A stretch of 64,000 nt of DNA from Cenarchaeum sp. (GTDB lineage Archaea; Thermoproteota; Nitrososphaeria; Nitrososphaerales; Nitrosopumilaceae): positions 1,632,001 to 1,696,000 of the forward strand of contig OY843768.1 in NCBI GenBank assembly GCA_963693095.2. Direction: 5' to 3'. The notes beneath the pieces were generated by a model. The model ran no database searches. It was given only the letters and a program-made list of their open reading frames with translations, and was not told the origin of the DNA. Position 1 is the first letter of the stretch, and every line of letters begins with the position of its first letter. Below are positions 21,501 through 30,124 of the stretch, one piece after another. Made by a program: the position numbers and the translations under genes.

Positions 21501-23042
21501 CACTCCCGCCGCGCTTGTGCGCATGCCTGAAGGCGTCGCCATCTCCTCGCTGAGTGTCACGAGAATCGTGTCGCTGTCCGTAAACTCGGCAATGCCCACA
21601 GGCGAGGCGTTATCCGTGGCCAGCACGCTGGTTCTGTTTTGCACGATAATTGAGCTTGAAACCCCAAAGGTGGGGATTGTGTGCGTGTGCGCTATGAGCG
21701 GCGTAGACGTCAGGAACCTTTTGGCGTTCTCCCCCGTAAAGCCCAGATCCAGTGTGGTGGATCCCTCAGTAAAGGTAAAGCTCGATGCTATGACCGCTAG
21801 GTTTGGGTACTCTGCGGTGGGATCGACGGTGTTAATTCCCCTACCGTTGATGTCAATCCCCCTACTGGTCTGGGCGGTATCATATCTCTTAATATTGGCA
21901 TCTACGGCCAGCGAATCGCCATATGCGTGGATGTAAAAGTCGGCGATACGGTCTAATGCGCCTCCCGCAACTCTTGAACTATGGCTTGATAGGTCCGACC
22001 TGACGCCCGTGTCGAACGTTATCCTGAGTATGCCGCCGTCCCTCACCTCGGCCATGAACGTCGGCACGATTCTCACAGTGGCGGTGATACCGTTGGATCC
22101 CGTCACCATCGCGACAAGGTTATCGCTGGGATCGGAGAGGCCTGTGCCGGTGTACGTTATCATCGGCGTCGCGGCAGCCGACAGGCCAGAGTGCGTGAGC
22201 GTGAAAGCAGTTTGGGACACAGCCGTCTCCGGCGAGACTCCGCTCACCGTGGCGCCGGTGACGCCCCAATCGCTGGCACTAGTTGTCCCTTTGACCGACT
22301 CGGTGAGCGTTACTACAACAGTCGACGTGGTCCTAGTCTCGGCCGTGAACGTCGGTGCGATCCCGTCGGTGGCGTGGACTTGATTACTCCCCACGGTTGC
22401 GACGGTGTTCGTTGCACCATCCTGGAGCGTCGTACCGCTGTACGTTATTTCCGGCTGCGCGCCAGGACCCACCGTGGCCGAGTGCGTGATCACAAACTCG
22501 GTGACGCCTGTGGAGGTGGACGTCGGCGTGATTCCGTTCACCGTGGTGGATTGGACGCCCCACTCGGTGTGCGTAGTTGTCCCGGTGACGGCCTCGTCGA
22601 ACATTATGGTAGTAGTCGTCGTGGATGTAGTCTCGGCCGTGAGCGTCGGTGCGGCTCCGTCAGTGGCCCGGAGGTTATCTTCTAACGCCACGGTCGCGAC
22701 GGGGGTCATTCCAGTAGAATCCGAGAGACCCGTGCCGCTGTACGTTATGCGCGGCGTCGCGTCAGCCGACAGGCCAGAGTGCGTGATCAGTATCCTAGTC
22801 GCACTAGCTTCGATGTTCATCACCGTGGCGCCTTCGACGCCCCACTCGGTGGCCACAGTCATCCCGAGGAGGGACCCGCTGGGCGTTATGACGACAGTCG
22901 TCGTGCTCGAAGTCGCGGCCGTGAGCGTTGGCGCCGCCGGCGTCTGCGCCCACGCGTCTGGCACTGCGGCAACTACTGTGGCCATAGCCAGCGCCACAAC
23001 CATGATCGCCATGGATACCGCTCCCATCACGGCACGCCTCAC
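12573..23042 (-). CDS. Giant (3,489 aa) secreted or cell-surface protein with repeated beta-sandwich modules
   Basis: N-terminal signal peptide (AWA|Q); Thr/Asp-rich ~100 aa repeats (..itltFsE.v..W..P.v.Y); C-terminal GGSGCDDCTSPTLG domain recalled from thaumarchaeal surface proteins. Confidence 0.85.
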   Translation of the reverse strand: MRRAVMGAVSMAIMVVALAMATVVAAVPDAWAQTPAAPTLTAATSSTTTVVITPSGSLLGMTVATEWGVEGATVMNIEASATRILITHSGLSADATPRITYSGTGLSDSTGMTPVATVALEDNLRATDGAAPTLTAETTSTTTTTIMFDEAVTGTTTHTEWGVQSTTVNGITPTSTSTGVTEFVITHSATVGPGAQPEITYSGTTLQDGATNTVATVGSNQVHATDGIAPTFTAETRTTSTVVVTLTESVKGTTSASDWGVTGATVSGVSPETAVSQTAFTLTHSGLSAAATPMITYTGTGLSDPSDNLVAMVTGSNGITATVRIVPTFMAEVRDGGILRITFDTGVRSDLSSHSSRVAGGALDRIADFYIHAYGDSLAVDANIKRYDTAQTSRGIDINGRGINTVDPTAEYPNLAVIASSFTFTEGSTTLDLGFTGENAKRFLTSTPLIAHTHTIPTFGVSSSIIVQNRTSVLATDNASPVGIAEFTDSDTILVTLSEEMATPSGMRTSAAGVVPAVIEATGITVADSGGANVALSTTSPPTFTAHTPPKASHPRHPFLHPTLEINLAAPATGGSAYTIDFGTLVAAGGPAGKRAVGDVTLTAPTNPPTFTVNKLSNTRLMVTFSEEVRQIPGQTRAPADWSIETSPGDSTDNIVSPSAADYGFNFADLTLAPADAVGSTVLPTVRYAPVTASIESLSGADLPTTPSGSPIASSATPIPLSASHTRTAAGASEITVTFSARVQVQPASTMVPVSDFDIPGITIGTVTFTNPSDTATLGGFSADPAEVYRVSYTGTTLVPNIAGDLADLPRVPMRTVEASDDYLPLILSARTRSTTTIDVTLSEAVEFKSSSATAAQQNAHWKTTLGSTDTAVTGVAIDGSTVTLTVASADAWGATDVPDVTYDRELTAPVGSDNGRITDGADNELVDDTVIDTVNGLTFGVNSITTGAVLTDIGGQRDPADNTYDEYIDVELTRLVQIRSGTVAQRVAHWTVTDDSGTAVTVSDVVLVAEMPGQPSTTVRLNLASNLPSTGETPTVLYTQGALQGSINISGETERLATFTSAVGAVDGIPPRLTEYPTAADSTPGTADNDRLAIGFTFSEEIDPDSLGDATELAYISHQLQVATSMVPGSQRALSGSQELHHNNCESGTSWLATSYGILRSADSGATFTTTDTTVDPYLGADGNFVRYVFAAPSNTRNDPQEVTGFCITETARPQDTADNYYVTNLDDSMPLDGQAAFVADGGSAAAYRADRDNFHLYDPATRGAYGMFNVVLDKTGPEFLAAARSETTVDVLYREPVKLVDGATLDAAEWRLDLTPNVSTDNDDTSANWVTPDTISHEFDEFDNPYYWAYGRDGNRDDFEPIDGTRLTITLGGFTDLDPNLKSAATDLRPTIHYIADGSSDVIDMYGNLAPATANARLVDATPPLPTVAFTSLTEATFTYQEPIGAYGTSTSYDIYLTGGAPADSIIQQPTTYTPATSSAPASVRAALSSMPTDAEYTARIHSGGPVTDTLGPTGAVAPLTWYDRNEHGTVPASPNIPATNIIVKPAFITGLTLPQPPTFTATTTSINTVDLEFSESVARVDATPLNVANWAAELVAADATPTARTPTTTDDIAVMAVSTLANDMLTLTLDPADANIGNTAKKVFITYTASTSEIVSSPPAATLARNLAQNTAALATDGAPPIPTAAITALREITLTFAEAPTADPTRTGITYEVYTIADTATNLASSTAPTYTAATSSTPATVTIPIAADLANTMHTVRITSSATASIMDAVMERLPDTQDISVPTPPGPTFSGVTTAQDKVLITFGSTVERIGVTPANLDFTNWAAELVAADATPTARTSATTDDIAVTAVSALASNMLTLTLDPADANIGDTTKKVFVTYTASTSEIRNEFGIGLAQNEGGLATDAAPPEILSAITASELTSRGANPDDPADDVHSDYTLVTFSEPVRITPGSSTLRSAHWSLSDDDPDAASPGDGPSVRVTGASVEDIGVVRISHDSLSSTASTPYIEYDPTTSNFGRIASEVGALSAMTIGIADELEVADGISPRLVGLPTRGDLTPLTTGNDMEAIVLEFSEALSPASVTTSGMAGDALGTAATNPSLRANLQLEGSSPSGNRAAVRADTACFTGTDWLPTSTSLALNADGSTHLGNDGNTLRTAGPGARDVKVDQRIGWICLTSNNPVGIADVAGNTYITPHEPPHGQFIVVHDSTAPEFIAGVTSETTIEVIYREPVKLMTGAVLDASDWRVDTSPEDMMDNVDTDDDWVTPTVSHSFGAFVQPEFFAFGAPNHILDVEMDEDFPEAQKHIDTNSQLTVTLSGLTGLDPNRAAATPDLRPVVHYVGTNDIADMYDNVAPTMVSARTMDSTPPRVMTISTAVTTTATEMLPIPDRQFARAEDPAVVDVRFAVTLDEDQKTGTVPTIALFTTLTSFTTVPAESERAEKRIWPMVRTETGNDRMWHFDWPATPNFPGESARDWAAGADVPFGIRVSDAEDNVAIYSHRSTYTDGNAIVRVDTRAPVITEQSLMGRLAGSTGEYTSSVGRDGGGIALTFTMDETPERLVGFDKDDITFFTDTAATSLSGTGTSSDPYVATSVIPEGHAEGFNAVDWTITVMDKYGRSTTLSNDPADLDDSTAGLGFRVDNTAPVITASSVTIDQTMYPTRATDRSKAGDTITTMVTFNEPILMAPSVMGTGSTLGEAGARVSAEFRIPEPVMTEVDGSDMMEWTHEFTVPERADMELFDAVYKPSILMQADEAGNEAMLMILEDEVRMDNVPPSVTNAAVLVRTDSMGNSDPWLALYYDEADALDTSTIRLYRNTTIAEHIDLASGTLLMNTRINFAQAHCDIENSELVCPVSSTGHDVGARFEISFDQGSGTPDATSLTDLSHNPISWDQPPARPDPASTSGARLGVSGFDLLTLDFLGTAPVPISGSGNGDPIVSLGGTGLTAAGGALTDTILYAPQQAPDVEVLLAQDTEALGLDDPTDANDVPMLALLEREAGHETGTTAYYTSLLEDVQYGDDSERATRALATRAPLSVVDAGSAERKVVLSEPARIGIRGAESSLYVYYIEGTDTMTRTDDVLHAIDECEDSSVDTVDTSEVGPHMGAPNVASGTGTDDAECFVRGSDTLYIWTNHFTPFGASSQQLSRGGSGCDDCTSPTLGIDSTGERRVSGGFTYNGEVHDVEYYYTPMPLIEVETGVENVAVLKIYEDSGVSRIAHAGLAFGLGRGQHFAESEAGISVDISHTGALSVSLDDASGAIDAETLRATAERTDCMRGSVAECLEVTIYHTFREPLDFDVVSTSIWDTRLNSWQNFFNHGVHVDGESLNPSRGVEVNGGELVLFPLISAHVDEDGDGIYDYDERHVTYMLDENYSVWRLTPDGTYAPLRNLYSLYHEIDDSMYADARIRTHGAERSSDLFAVELDRQEKIAMEIMAEMGVAIEVDDVPEAVTSPYDDMVLIPRLERLSDDIAQEINLAERILDSIRE

Positions 23043-23168
23043 ATTGTGAGTATATAATAATGTCGGTGCCTAGTGTGCCTGTACGAAAAGTAGTGGACTT
23101 GGCCACGGGAGGGCGTGCCCAACACGCCCCACGCCCACGGGGGGGAGCACGGCGGGGCAGGCAGGGCT

Positions 23169-23712
23169 CTACCCACGACCAGCCCTGACACGGCCCCGGC
23201 CGCCACGGGAAGGCAGGGGGAACCCCAGAGTCGCGCAGGGCCGGCCAGGGAGCACCCCTAGGGGGCGCATGATTGGCCCAGGGCCTTCCCCCATGTGCGC
23301 GATATTGACGACTGCGCCATGCTCCCCATAGACCTCGAGAGACCGCGCATGGCGCCCCCCATAGTACAGCATCGCGCACAGCATCGCGCACAGCATCGCG
23401 CACAGCATCGCGCACAGCATCGCGCACAGCATCGCGCACAGCATCGCGCACAGCATCGCGCACAGCATCGGCGCGCCGTTACAGCCCTCCCGCCCGTTGA
23501 CCAGGAACTTTGGGCGCGTGTCACGCAAAAAGCAGATCGCAGTAGCCCGACCAAACACAAGGCGCCTCCAGTGCCCCGTGTTGGTCGCAACGGGGACACG
23601 AGGGCCAGCACCTCCGAGCCACACTCGTCATGCGCGTCTGCGCACTTGCGCAGCCAGTCAGATATCCCTGTGCCATGTTTCCTGTCGGCGCCATAAAGGG
23701 GGGGTTGACATG
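23169..23712 (-). pseudogene. DNA N6-adenine methyltransferase (phage Dam-like), 3' part, frameshifted
   Basis: VNPP, ALVPVATNTGHW..VFGRATAICFL homology to 35471..37112; 5' part replaced beyond the IS630 remnant. Confidence 0.8.
23367..23470. repeat. 12-bp tandem repeat (CAGCATCGCGCA)x8 plus a partial unit
   Basis: Read directly from the sequence; a single unit at the paralogous position near 35579. Confidence 0.95.
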
Positions 23713-24219
23713 TACTGACGAGCAAAAGCTCGTGCCATGATCAAGCTTTCCCGGCCCGCGTGCCATATGGATCGCCCCGCACACAGGGGGGCCACAGGAG
23801 GGTCGTGGCGTGCGGCGCGATCTCTACTGACGGCAAGCAGGTCTTTCGGGTGCGCGACAGGCCCGATGCGGGGACACTCGTCGCGTTCCTGCGCGACATG
23901 CACGGAAAGTTCGGCAGGGTCGCCGTGATCGTAGATAGGGCGCCGCAGCACAGGGTCGCGGCGGTGGGGGACTGTCTTTGCGCCCACGGGGCGGTGAGGC
24001 TGATCGAGCTGCCCGGCGGCTCGCCGCACCTCAACGCGATCGGGGAGGCGTGGCGGCAGGCAAGGCTGGCGCTGCTGGTCTCCGGGCACCACCCCACCAT
24101 GGGGGGAGATGCGGACGGCGGTGTCACGGCACTTTGGGCACACGAGGCAGCGGCTCGACGTGATGTCCCACCTGGACCGGACGTCGCTGAAAGGCGGCAC
24201 GGACTTTTGATCGGCAGTA
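23713..24219 (+). mobile_element. IS630 derivative with internal deletion (507 bp, both inverted repeats present)
   Basis: Both inverted repeats retained; degenerate C-terminal transposase sequence. Confidence 0.9.
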
Positions 24220-24620
24220 TAGACTGCGCGCATGACCTCCCCGGTCACGCCATTTCCCATTGGCCCCCCACGTCAGCAAGCGCGTCAGGAGGGTCGACGT
24301 GCGCCTGGCCGCCGCAGCGCCCACCCTGATCTGACCGCACATCCTGCGCCGCACGACCACGTCGCGCAGCGCCCTCTCGGCGGCGTTGTCAGTGGAGGCG
24401 ACTCTGGCATGCTCGCAGGGCGCGAACATCCGCAGCGGAGCCTGGCCACGGCGCGCGCCAGCTCCTCGGCGCGGTTCGCCGGCGTCCTTGCCACGTGCCG
24501 GAGCGCCCGCGCGTCCAGCCTCCTGACCGGCATGGCCCGCCTCCGTCGGAGGCTCCCAAACATGTGTTTTAGCAGCCTGCCAAACCCTGCGGCCTTTGGC
24601 GGGCTTTCCCGATCTGCGCA
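24220..24620 (-). mobile_element. IS66-family transposase C-terminal remnant 1
   Basis: STDNAAERALRDVVVRRR matches the IS66 TnpC NNxAERxLR motif. Confidence 0.75.
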
Positions 24621-24659
24621 CGGCAGGCACTCCTGCCCCGTCTACGCTGCGTACAAGGC

Positions 24660-24992
24660 ACAGCTGCTGCCATCAGGATAAAACTTTGGAATCCCGACCC
24701 TCTCGTCTGGCTTTTTAGCGCGGCAAAGTGCTCGCCATTCCATTCAAACTTGTGCAGCCTGCCCGCAACCATGTCGGCCGCCCGGTAATGAAGAACTTTG
24801 GCGCCGTTCACAATGTCCACATAAACTGGGTCAAGTGGAGGCCCGCACGTGACGACATGCTGGGGCTGTGTTGGGCAGGTCATCTCGGTTCCCTCGCCGT
24901 ATGCCTCTCCCAACTTTACAACGTGGGCCATGTGGGAGTTGTGGGCTAGTTTGGGGGCATTGTGAATGACTGGTCTTGCCGCATTGTTGCAT
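24660..24992 (-). pseudogene. Frameshifted paralogue of 41570..41896
   Basis: PLDPVYVD..VLHYRAADMVAG..KFEW..EHFAALKS is shared; frameshifts at both ends. Confidence 0.7.
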
Positions 24993-25134
24993 GCTGCGCA
25001 CTGGGGAGGGACGCCAGCGTGCCGGTGACTCTTGGCAAAAATTTCCAATCGTAACCCGCGCGTCCAAAACTGGACAAATGCCCATGCGCCCAATGTGCCG
25101 GACATGCAAAAACTAGAGAGGGCGGGATTGTTGC

Positions 25135-25401
25135 CTATGCGGCCATCTCTAGGCGCCTCATGTCAAATCCCCTGACGAGGCGCCACTCCTGCTCCTCCGG
25201 GGTGGCCGCCCCTATGATCATGTCGGCGTGCTCGATCATGCCGATCCTCTCTGCCTCGGCAATGACATCCCATGCGTCCTTTTCGGAGAGCGGGCCCATG
25301 AGCCGCGTTATGAACTCTGCCGAAGGAACGGTGCCATAGAGCTCCAGCCCCCTGGCAATGAACCGCAGATCCTCATCCCTGACCATGCTTATCATGCTCA
25401 T
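25135..25401 (-). CDS. Family A small protein, copy 10
   Basis: Family signature; the exact start among several Met codons is uncertain. Confidence 0.75.
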   Translation of the reverse strand: MSMISMVRDEDLRFIARGLELYGTVPSAEFITRLMGPLSEKDAWDVIAEAERIGMIEHADMIIGAATPEEQEWRLVRGFDMRRLEMAA

Positions 25402-25479
25402 CATGATGATGGCGCCATTAAAACGTAATGCGTGAATGCGCGCATTGCCCTGTACAAAAAGTAGGAGCGGGGCAAAATA

Positions 25480-25830
25480 GGATGAGGTCAGCACCTAGAC
25501 TGCGCGCATGACCTCCTCGGTCACGCCATTTCCCATTGGCCCCCCACGTCAGCAAGCGCGTCAGGAGGGTCGACGTGCGCCTGGCCGCCGCCGCGCCCAC
25601 CTTGATCTGACCGCCCATCCTGCGCCGCACGACCACGTCGCGCAACGCCCTCTCGGCGGCGTTCTTAGTGGACGCGACTCTGGCATGCTCGCAGGGCGCG
25701 AACATCCGCGGTGCGCCGGCGGCGGAGCCCCCCAAGCGCGTGTTTCGGCAGCCTGCCGGACCCGCCGGCCCCCCATGGGGCCCCCCTGATCTGCGCCAGG
25801 CAGGCATTCCTGCCCAGTCCACCACTTTTC
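25480..25830 (-). mobile_element. IS66 remnant 2 with one terminal inverted repeat
   Basis: NAAERALR motif; ends in the ATGAGGTCAGCACC terminus shared with the MITE. Confidence 0.75.
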
Positions 25831-26174
25831 GTACAGGGCAAAGGCGCACCTCCCACCAAGTGGGACATTCAGCAAAGGCCAGCGACGGGATCGTTCAGGG
25901 TTTTGGGGCGGTCAGCTTTAGGTCTGGGAGATGTCCCCTAGCTAGTCGCGCGCCCTCGCCGTGGATCCGCCCCCAATAAAGGACAAAACGAGCCCGCATT
26001 GGCCATTCCGGGCTCCATGTGCCACAGACCCCTGGGGGCGCCCATGGGGTCTATTTGGGGCCTCTGCGGAATGCCAGTTTCGGGGAATATGGGGGAGATT
26101 ATGGCGACGGCTAGGCGTGATCTGACACTCTAAATGGCGCACATTTAAAGAAGGGACTGTTGGCGAGCCGCGTG

Positions 26175-26672
26175 ATGTCCGCGACAGCTATCCCCCACGA
26201 CCCCATGCTAGCCGACAACGAAAAGACGATGGAGTTTCTAAGAGGGTTTGTCGGCGGCGACAAGAAAAAGATCGCCGAGATCGAGGAGTGGGGCAAGAGG
26301 CGCCAGAGGCGCATCGATATGCTCTGCCAATTTGTCGGCCTCCTCGAGCAGAACGGCATACTAAGGGAGGACGGCAAAGAGTTGTTGGGGATTGTGCGAG
26401 AATTTGCCATCGCGCAGTGCTTTGCGATCGCCACGGCCCATAATCTGGACGGCATGGAGTACAAGTTCAACGACAGCCAGTCCGGCCCCCTCTGTGCCGC
26501 CCTGAATGTTGACCTTGCAGCCCTCAAGGCCGAAAAGTCGCCCACAAGCCCCTTTGCGAATCCCGAGGACGAGAGGAGGTTCCTAGAGACAGTCAGGGGC
26601 AAGAACACGCGTGAGCTTGGCCGAATGGCGCGACCCCTGGTAATCGAGGAGAGAGACCGCATATACGGCTAG
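26175..26672 (+). CDS. Hypothetical protein, family C copy 1
   Basis: Three intact paralogues; TTTAAAG box about 30 nt before the ATG. Confidence 0.7.
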   Translation: MSATAIPHDPMLADNEKTMEFLRGFVGGDKKKIAEIEEWGKRRQRRIDMLCQFVGLLEQNGILREDGKELLGIVREFAIAQCFAIATAHNLDGMEYKFNDSQSGPLCAALNVDLAALKAEKSPTSPFANPEDERRFLETVRGKNTRELGRMARPLVIEERDRIYG

Positions 26673-26734
26673 TGTGTGGGCGCGTCAGGCAGTTTGCGTG
26701 CCTTGTGCGACTATTGACGTCACGCTGCCAGCAG

Positions 26735-27080
26735 GTATGAGGTCAGCACCTAGACTGCGCGCATGACCTCGGCCATCACGCCCTTTCCCATGGCCTCCCA
26801 CATCAGCAAGCGCGTCAGGAGGGTCGACGTGCGCCTGGCCGCCGCGCCCACCTTGATCTGACCGCCCATCCTGCGCCGCACGACCACGTCGCGCAACGCC
26901 CTCTCGGCGGCGTTGTCAGTGGAGGCGACTCTGGCATGCTCACAGGGCGCAAACATCCGCGGTACGCCGGCGGCGGAGCCCCCCAAACGCGTGTTTCGGC
27001 AGCCTGCCGGACCCGCCGGCCCCCATGGGGCCCCCCTGATCTGCGCCAGGCAGGCATTCCTGCCCAGTCCACTACTTTTC
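26735..27080 (-). mobile_element. IS66 remnant 3 with one terminal inverted repeat
   Basis: GTATGAGGTCAGCACC end directly after the transposase stop; tandem duplicate of 25480..25830. Confidence 0.78.
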
Positions 27081-27421
27081 GTACAGGGCAAAGGCGCACC
27101 TCCCACAAAGTGGGACATTCAGCAAAGGCCAGCGACGGGATCGTTCAGGGTTTTGAGGCGGTCAGCTTTAGGTCTGGGAGATGCCCACTGGCGAGTCGCG
27201 CGCCCTCGCCGTGGATCCGCCCCCAATAAAGGACAAAACGAGCCCGCATTGGCCATTCCGGGCTCAATGTGCCCGCCCTTGGGGTGTGCCTATGGCGTCT
27301 ATTTGGAGCCCTGCGGAATGCCAGTTTCAGAGAATATGGGGGAGATTATGGCGCCGGCTAGGAGTGATCTGGCACTCTAAATGACGCACATTTAAAGAAG
27401 GGACTGTTGGCGAGCTGCGTG

Positions 27422-27928
27422 ATGAGCGCGACAACTGCCCGCCACAACCCCATGCTAGCCGACAACGAAAAGACGGTGGAGTTTATCAGGGGGTTTGTCG
27501 GCGAGGACGAAAAAAAGATCGCCGAGATTGAGGAGTGGGGCAAGAGGCGCCAGAGGCGCATCGACAGGCTCTGCCACTTTGTCGGCCTCCTCGAGCAGAA
27601 CGGCATACTAAGGGAGGACGGCAAAGAGTTGGTGGGGGTTATGCGCGAATTTGCCGCCACGCAGTGCTTTGCGATCGCCACAGCCCATAATCTAGACGGC
27701 ATGGAGTACCAGTTCAACGACAGCCAGTCCGGCCCCCTCTGTGCTGCCATACATCTTGACTTTGCAGCCGTCAAGGCAGTGCCAGTCGAGTCGCCCACGG
27801 GTCTCTTTGCGAATCCCGAGGACGAGAGGAGGTTCTTGGAGACAGTCAGGGGCAAGAACCCCCGTGAGCTCGGTAGAATGGCTCGATCCCTGGTAATCGA
27901 GGAGAGAGACCGCGTGACTCTAGTATAG
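27422..27928 (+). CDS. Hypothetical protein, family C copy 2
   Basis: Paralogue; its C-terminus is joined to the convergent family B fragment. Confidence 0.7.
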   Translation: MSATTARHNPMLADNEKTVEFIRGFVGEDEKKIAEIEEWGKRRQRRIDRLCHFVGLLEQNGILREDGKELVGVMREFAATQCFAIATAHNLDGMEYQFNDSQSGPLCAAIHLDFAAVKAVPVESPTGLFANPEDERRFLETVRGKNPRELGRMARSLVIEERDRVTLV

Positions 27929-28128
27929 CTTAAAGCGCACCGGTCCGAGGGGCGCATACTTCTTGATGATCTCTCCTGTTTGTAAATTGGGGATTGGCTT
28001 CTTGGAATGAAAAGTGATCTCAAGTGTGCCCTCTTCAATCGGGGTTCCGTTCCCCATCCGTATCTCGTCCTCTAAAATATGAAAGCTCTTGGAACCCCGG
28101 AGAATTTCTGGATGAGGGGTTGCAAAAA
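27919..28128 (-). pseudogene. Short C-terminal fragment of a family B gene
   Basis: KSFHILEDEIRMGNGTPIEEGTLEITFH. Confidence 0.75.
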
Positions 28129-28151
28129 CAGAGGAGGGTTGGGAGTTTTGC

Positions 28152-28418
28152 CTATGCGGGCATCTCTAGCTTTTTTACGTCGAATCCCTTGACGAGGCGC
28201 CACTCCTGTCCCTCCGGCGAAGTCGCCTTGAAGACCATGTCGGCGCGCTCGATCATGCCGATCCTCTCGGCCTCGGCAACGACATCCCACGCCTCCTCTT
28301 CGGTGAGATCTCCCACGAGGTGCGTTATGAACTCAGCCGCCGGCATGGGCCCATAGATACTCAGTCCCCTCGCGATGACTCGCAGTGCGTCTTGCTTTGC
28401 TGGATCCATCAGGGTCAT
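28152..28418 (-). CDS. Family A small protein, copy 11
   Basis: Family signature. Confidence 0.8.
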   Translation of the reverse strand: MTLMDPAKQDALRVIARGLSIYGPMPAAEFITHLVGDLTEEEAWDVVAEAERIGMIERADMVFKATSPEGQEWRLVKGFDVKKLEMPA

Positions 28419-28615
28419 CAAGGTTGTGGCATTATTAAAACCTAGTGCGTTAATGTGGGCGCGGTGCCCTGCATTTTGACATATGGGAGGGCGCAGGAGC
28501 GCAGGCCGTGACGAGGGATTCATTGGTGGCCCACACTGCGGCCGTGTGGGCAGGAGTCCCAACAGGAATATCTTGCCATGCAGCCCCGCAGTTTCCCGAT
28601 GTGCGTGACTCTAGC

Positions 28616-29431
28616 TTATGCAAAGCGCACCGGTCCGAGGGGCGCATATCTCTTGATGATCTCTTCTGTTTGTAAATTGGAAATTGGCCTCTTGGAATGA
28701 AAAGTGATCTCAAGTGTGCCCTCTTCGATCGGAGTTCCGTTCTCCATCCGTATCTCGTCCTCTAAAATGCGAAAGGTCTTGGGACCTCGCAGAATTTCCG
28801 GATTGGGGGTTGCAAAAACAGATGTGTATGAGAGAGGGAACGCGTGCTTTCTATACTGTTCGGTGACCTTTATGCTGTATGATATGTCGCGATCCTTTAG
28901 CCAGGGGGATTTTGTGACCGATGTTGCCACAAAATCGTGTCCGGTCGAGCGAAACTCGCGTGTCGCCAACATACTATCAAGCTCTGCAATCTTTCCCACA
29001 TAACGCGAGAGCACTGTCGTGTTGGCCCATGCGTGTCGGAGTGAGATGCCATATGCGACTGCAAGCTCCTCGCAGTCACGGACCATCTTGTCGAGGCCGA
29101 ATCTCTGGTATAGGTTGTTTAGGTTTTCGTTGTGCTTGCCAGTCTTAGATGCAGGCACCATGATCTGGTAATTGTCATCTGCTAGTGACGTCATTTCCGG
29201 GTAGTCCGCATTATCTGATACGTCTTGGCCGAATTTCTTATGAGCGTCATCGCATAGCTGCAGAAACTCTGGAATGCGCCTATCTGGGTCAAGGCCGTGC
29301 TTGAGAACCAGATCCAGGATCACGTCGCGGCGCAGTGTGGCGCACGTGCAGGGAGACGCCTTGATCGCAGCGTCGATGTGGGGATCCAGGGAGGCGATCA
29401 GGCTGCGATCACACGAATTCGGCGAGCTCAT
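28616..29431 (-). CDS. Family B putative ADP-ribosyltransferase, full copy 3
   Basis: ATG start after TTTTATAT; VLSRY / FVATS / LEDEIR motifs. Confidence 0.65.
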   Translation of the reverse strand: MSSPNSCDRSLIASLDPHIDAAIKASPCTCATLRRDVILDLVLKHGLDPDRRIPEFLQLCDDAHKKFGQDVSDNADYPEMTSLADDNYQIMVPASKTGKHNENLNNLYQRFGLDKMVRDCEELAVAYGISLRHAWANTTVLSRYVGKIAELDSMLATREFRSTGHDFVATSVTKSPWLKDRDISYSIKVTEQYRKHAFPLSYTSVFATPNPEILRGPKTFRILEDEIRMENGTPIEEGTLEITFHSKRPISNLQTEEIIKRYAPLGPVRFA

Positions 29432-29479
29432 TGGCAGTGCCAAAAATTGCCGATATAAAATACCTGTGGACTGATCGCA

Positions 29480-29592
29480 GTATGGGGTCAGCACCCCTCT
29501 GCTCATTTGACCAAATGGGCGTGATCCTGCCTGCCTACTTGTCACTGCGGCACCTGTCCGGGCATGAACGGGCAGGGGTGCTGACCTCATAC
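29480..29592. mobile_element. IS66-type MITE, copy 3
   Basis: Terminal inverted repeats and conserved interior. Confidence 0.85.
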
Positions 29593-30124
29593 ATCCCGCG
29601 GTGCCCGCATGTGCGCGATATTGACGACTGCGCCATGCTCCCCAAAGACCTCGAGGAACCGCGCATAGCGCGCCCCATAGTACAGGCATCGCGCACGCCA
29701 TCGGCGCGCCGTTACAGCCCTACCGCCCGTTGACCAGGAACTTTGGGCGCGTGTCACGCAAAAAGCAGATCGCCGTCGCCCGACCAAACACAAGGCGCCT
29801 CCAGTGCCCTGTGTTGGTCGCAACACGGGGGCCAGGACCTCCGAGCCATGCTCGTCATGCGCGTCTGCGCACTTGCGCAGCCAGTCAAATATCCCTGTGC
29901 CATGTTTCCTGTCGGCGCCATAAGGGGGGGTTGACATGGATCCTCGCATAGTCCCACGTGTGCTGCAGGCCGTCATCTCTAGGCGGCACGAGCTTTCTGT
30001 CGGCCTCCACTATCGAGTGCGGGCCCGAGCACGGATCAAGGCAGATCGTGTCGCCAAACGCACTGCAGACGGCATCGGCGTAGACCTTGGGCGTTCCCCA
30101 GTCCTTCCTTTTCGTGATCGCCAC
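29587..30124 (-). pseudogene. DNA N6-adenine methyltransferase, frameshifted at the NPPY homopolymer
   Basis: DWGTPK, LDPCS, DGL..W and NPP(Y) motifs; G7 run versus in-frame G6, plus further indels. Confidence 0.82.

Noticed and set aside
13084-23057. Many + strand ORFs up to 461 aa opposite the giant gene
   Set aside because: They are antisense shadows caused by GC-rich codon bias and contain no recognisable motifs.
23367-23470. 12-bp repeat read as CRISPR or as a real repeat protein (ORFs 22804..23463, 23258..23725, 23295..23696)
   Set aside because: There are no spacers, and the ORFs are alternative frames over a methyltransferase pseudogene.
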